Positions 7,109 through 10,621 of a stretch of 10,621 bases of DNA are shown piece after piece. Numbering within the stretch: the first letter of the stretch is position 1; the number at the start of each line of letters is the position of its first letter. Origin of the DNA: Octopus sinensis (taxonomy: Eukaryota). The position numbers and the translations under genes were made by a program. The stretch spans positions 1 to 10,621 of the forward strand of contig NW_021827375.1 of the NCBI RefSeq assembly GCF_006345805.1, written 5' to 3'. The notes beneath the pieces were generated by a model that searched no databases, was not told the origin of the DNA, and was given only the letters and a program-made list of their open reading frames with translations.

Positions 7109-7514
7109 TCAAAATAGTATGCTTGCTCAATCAACTTCTTTTCTCAATTGTAATGAAGTTCAAATCAGTTTCATTAATAACTGATTTAAATTTCATTGAC
7201 TTAGTCGGCGAAATGCCTCTTGTTAAATCGATTCCGTATATGCTTCGAAAATTAGAAAATTTGGAGTTTGGTATAATATCATACATGTAGTAAAGTAAAT
7301 GAATAAATGAATGATTCTCTTCCTGACTCGAACCAACGAGGGAAATATATATATATTTTTTTTACCATTTGATTATAGAGGGAAGAGCTGTGTATATTAT
7401 ACTTAATCTTTTTTAGGGTATTCGAAAATAGTAGAAGAGAAAGAGAGAGACTTATCACCTCATGGAAACTTGATCTTAAATTATGCAATACAATTTACTT
7501 CACCAGAGGCATCG

Positions 7515-7665
7515 AAAGACCAGGTGTTGGTGTTAAACCGGGCAACAGATTTCGACGATGATTATTACAGTTGTTCAATCAACTGGATTACCTTTTTATA
7601 TGTTTCTGAATATTCCACAGATGTTTGTACCCTCGAAGTAATCGTCCGGTACATTCAGCGTGAGA
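7515..7665 (-). mobile_element. Possible old SINE 3' fragment (family C-like)
   Basis: The minus strand TCACGCTGAATG...GAGGGTACAAACATCTGTGGAATATTCAG...GTTGATTGAACAACTG...CATCGTCG resembles the 3' half of the family-C SINE as I recall it. There is no second copy in the window to confirm this. Confidence 0.35.
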
Positions 7666-8265
7666 CAATATACGACGCAGTTGTCCTTCTCTTTGCTGTC
7701 TTCAGTCCATCCGACGTTCTTCCACATAAGTTCAGTTCAACTAAATTCTACTCCCATGATTTGGCTTTCTGCATATTCACTAAGGCACACGAAATGTAGT
7801 TAAAAATACACGTACACACATACATTCATCATGTCATATAAAGAAATGAACTTGCACACAGCATACACTCATACACACACATTGCTTTTATTTGCGTATT
7901 TTCAAATGCAGGTATTTCGCGATAAATTGAGTGTACTATGAATACACATCCATCTGAAATGAATTGTCCTCCTACGACGAAACAACAGCGATTAGCATAT
8001 TCAAGTTTGTCTCTGCCGGAACATATTAAAAAACAATATGTATACCATCATCTTGATTCTCAATATTCATCGCGCATGTGATGATTTATTATCGATTTGA
8101 GAAATCAGCACACATCTGCGAATAATTTGTTTGCCGAAGTTATAAACAAGAGCCACAAATTCTTATTAAATCCATTAGTCAGGAATACCTTTGACTGAAG
8201 AAACACAAGAATGTCGAAACATCGGGCGTAACGCTGATGAGTCGAGTGTGTCTAACTCAGTTTAC

Positions 8266-8271
8266 TTTATT
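8266..8271 (-). promoter_or_regulatory. Candidate polyadenylation signal AATAAA
   Basis: TTTATT on + lies about 90 nt downstream of the stop codon of the candidate exon. The hexamer is common in AT-rich DNA. Confidence 0.3.
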
Positions 8272-8360
8272 TCTAATCATTATTTTTACACAAAAATTAT
8301 AATCTTTTGTTAACATATTTACAATATTGGGATGGAGATGGCTCTTCGCAAATGTAAGCC

Positions 8361-8508
8361 TTATGAGTCAGTGTGACTGTTCCAGCGCATCTCCCTCGCC
8401 AGACTCTGGAACAGCGCCTTTTGCTTTTTGTCTGCTGAGACCATGAGGCAGTCGAGTGTGTTATGAACAGACGTTCGTCTGAAAGGAGAGAGAGGTGAAG
8501 TTGTTTTC
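8361..8508 (-). CDS. Candidate last coding exon of an unidentified gene: (x)KTTSPLSPFRRTSVHNTLDCLMVSADKKQKALFQSLAREMRWNSHTDS*
   Basis: Minus-strand branch-point-like CTAAT (8530-8534), acceptor CAG|G (AG at 8510-8509), 1 nt plus 48 codons and TAA (8363-8361). GC is elevated relative to the flanks, the peptide is complex with an amphipathic-looking C-terminal helix, and an AATAAA follows. A second in-frame acceptor lies at 8480-8479. No homolog was recognised. Confidence 0.55.
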
Positions 8509-8761
8509 CTGTGACGGAATACGATAGCGATTAGAAATATGCAAGAGATCGTATGAAACTGTTCTTAGCTCAAATGTAAATGCATGATAATTATATGCAT
8601 AAACGTGAGTGCATGCCTGTATATTCATGAATATGTGTGCGTTGACACTATTATATATTAATACGTACGTTTTTGTTTGCACATAAATATGTGAGTGCTC
8701 TCGTGTATATGTGTGAATGCGCATGTTGTGTTTGTGTGCGCGTATATATAGCATTTATCCT

Positions 8762-8968
8762 TTTTCTTTTACTTGCTTACTTGGGGCACCATCTTGAATT
8801 TTTTCGTCGAATGACTCGACCAAGGTCTTTATTTTTAAAGCCCCCTACTTATTCTATGGGTCTCTTTTGGCCGAACCGCTAAGTTTACGGAACGGAAAAC
8901 ACACCGATACCAATTGTCAAGCGGTGTTTGGGAACAACACAGATACAAAGACACACACACGCATAAAT

Positions 8969-9018
<50 letters not shown>

Positions 9019-9110
9019 CATGGGCTTCTATTAGTTTCCCGTCTACACAAATCCACTCAAAAGGCTTGGTCGTCCTGAGGCTATAGTAAAAGACACTTGC
9101 ACTTATGCAT
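8762..9110 (-). mobile_element. SINE family B, 5'-truncated
   Basis: 8861-8883 is the reverse complement of the TAGCGGTTCGGC(C)AAAAGAGA motif, and 9021-9110 is the reverse complement of about 6478-6558. It has an internal (CA)(TA)n at 8936-9018, stops inside the CORE-like segment, and lacks about 20 bp of the 3' ATGGCCGCAGTC block. Confidence 0.85.
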
Positions 9111-9111
9111 A

Positions 9112-9472
9112 TACGCACACATGCACACTTGAATATAATTGAAGAGATAACGACATATTCGCTCACACACACACATACAACCACACACCACACAACACAA
9201 CACACTCTCACAAATACATACACAATGCATATATGATAAACATATATGGAAATGCGAACGCATATGTAGATATGCATGCGGAAAAATACACATGCATACA
9301 TATGCACATAATTACACATACGCACACATGAATCTACATACGTATCCACTAACCAATGCATGCTCATACACGTGCATATACATAAAAGCAGAAGCAAGTA
9401 CACACACAAAATGGTATACACACTCACATTCACACGCTCACATAAACACACACACACACAGCTATCTATCTA

Positions 9473-9509
<37 letters not shown>

Positions 9510-9720
9510 ATATATATACATACATACAAACATACATACATACATACATACATACATACACACATACATATACACACATGAAACACCGGGCACGCACATA
9601 TACACACACATATATATATATATATACTGTCGTATGTATATATATATATATACATACACATACAAACATACATTTACGCATTTAAGCACATATGCACATA
9701 TGCATGTACATGTATATGCG
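9112..9720. repeat. Compound degenerate (CA)n/(TA)n/(TC)n/(TACA)n field
   Basis: Includes (TATC)n(TC)n at about 9463-9507, (TACA)n at about 9517-9568 and several TA runs. It accounts for the His/Thr- and Val/Cys-rich ORFs. Confidence 0.9.
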
Positions 9721-10009
9721 GGCAATATCCGGTTTGATGGATGGCCACAGTGGCATAAACAGGTTGCAAGCTGCATTATTCCCCTGCGTCGAGATCAGAA
9801 AAAATCTGGATCCAACTTTAGAAAACTATTCATTCATGCACAGGGCATGCATTCCTGTATGCACAAGAATTTACATTTGTTGCCCATACTCCCGTTCCCA
9901 TGGTGACAAAGGGACATTAAAACAAACGCTGTGCTCCGTGGTTGTTTCACTCCGCCGGTTAAAACATGCAAGAGAACGAGAGATGGAGATAGACGGACAG
10001 ATAGGTGAC

Positions 10010-10017
10010 GATAGATG

Positions 10018-10090
<73 letters not shown>

Positions 10091-10126
10091 GTAGATAGAT
10101 AGACAGACAGATAGATGGATGGATAA

Positions 10127-10175
<49 letters not shown>

Positions 10176-10217
10176 AGATAGATAGATAAATAGATAGACA
10201 GATAGATGGATGGATAA

Positions 10218-10282
<65 letters not shown>
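10010..10282. repeat. (GATA)n tetranucleotide array of about 270 bp
   Basis: Long GATA runs with GACA, GATG, AATA and GGTA variant units. Confidence 0.98.
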
Positions 10283-10512
10283 GAGAAAGAGGATGGTGAG
10301 ATAGAAGGAAAATGGAGGGGGAACAGAACTGGAGTTGGGTATATGCAATAGCCGATCATCGCGTTGATGGCGCCGACAGTGATTGGTGTGTGTCTATATG
10401 TGATTTCAGTAACCTTTCATATTGGCGGTTAAATTTAGGCTTAAAGGACAGAGGTTACGGTTGGCTAGACTGGATCATACAGAATACCGAATCGGCTTGC
10501 AGCTCCTTTTAT

Positions 10513-10621
10513 TTTATTGTTGTTGTAGTTGTTATTGCTATTGTCGTTGTGGTTATCCTCACATGTTGTTGTTGCCGTTCTTATTCTTATATTTTTTTTA
10601 TTATTTGTGTGTGTGTGTGTG
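10513..10621. repeat. Degenerate (GTT)n followed by (TG)n
   Basis: TTATTGTTGTTGTAGTTGTTATTGC... and a terminal TGTGTGTG run cut by the window edge. Confidence 0.8.

Noticed and set aside
7161-7170. CAAATCAGTT resembles the 3' end of miR-29
   Set aside because: The miR-29 seed (AGCACCA) is absent.
7470-7799. 109-aa ORF with non-repetitive composition
   Set aside because: It has a TTG start, no recognisable domain and no clear splice sites, and it overlaps a probable antisense SINE relic.
8195-8241. Third hammerhead-like cluster CUGAAGA-aaca...uguc-GAAAC followed by CUGAUGAG
   Set aside because: The 10.1-11.1 pair is an A-C mismatch and stem I cannot form in type I, II or III arrangements.
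8240-8461. 12-bp direct repeat AGTCGAGTGTGT at 8240 and 8450, considered as a TSD
   Set aside because: One copy lies inside the candidate exon, the enclosed DNA has no element features, and 12-mers recur by chance in 10 kb.
9720-9960. Island of complex sequence open in several frames, considered as an upstream exon
   Set aside because: An acceptor-like TTTTTTCTGATCTCGACGCAG exists on the minus strand, but no convincing donor or recognisable peptide was found. RNA-seq is needed.
8461-10359. Long His/Thr, Val/Cys and Leu-Ser-Ile-Tyr ORFs
   Set aside because: Translations of CA, TACA and GATA repeats.
1-10621. CRISPR array, prokaryotic operon or autonomous transposase/RT gene
   Set aside because: There are no regularly spaced repeats with unique spacers and no long complex ORF. 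The sequence is metazoan non-coding DNA.

Overview
This is repeat-dense, AT-rich eukaryotic DNA, most likely from an octopus. That assignment rests on SINE families I recognise from memory and on the extreme microsatellite density; no database was searched. Most of the window is microsatellites ((TA)n, (TG)n, (GA)n, (TAG)36, (GATA)n) and about ten copies or fragments of three tRNA-derived SINE families, called A, B and C here. It also holds a short non-autonomous Helitron-like element and a GC-rich fragment that may come from a LINE. Nearly all ORFs in the supplied track are microsatellite or SINE artefacts. The only plausible coding sequence is a minus-strand terminal exon at 8361-8508 that the ORF track missed. 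The most unusual signal is a minimal type I hammerhead-ribozyme-like fold at 3489-3531 inside a microsatellite-bounded segment, suggestive of a Penelope-like element or retrozyme. Several inverted SINE pairs and hairpins could form dsRNA, which matters given the extensive A-to-I editing in coleoid cephalopods.
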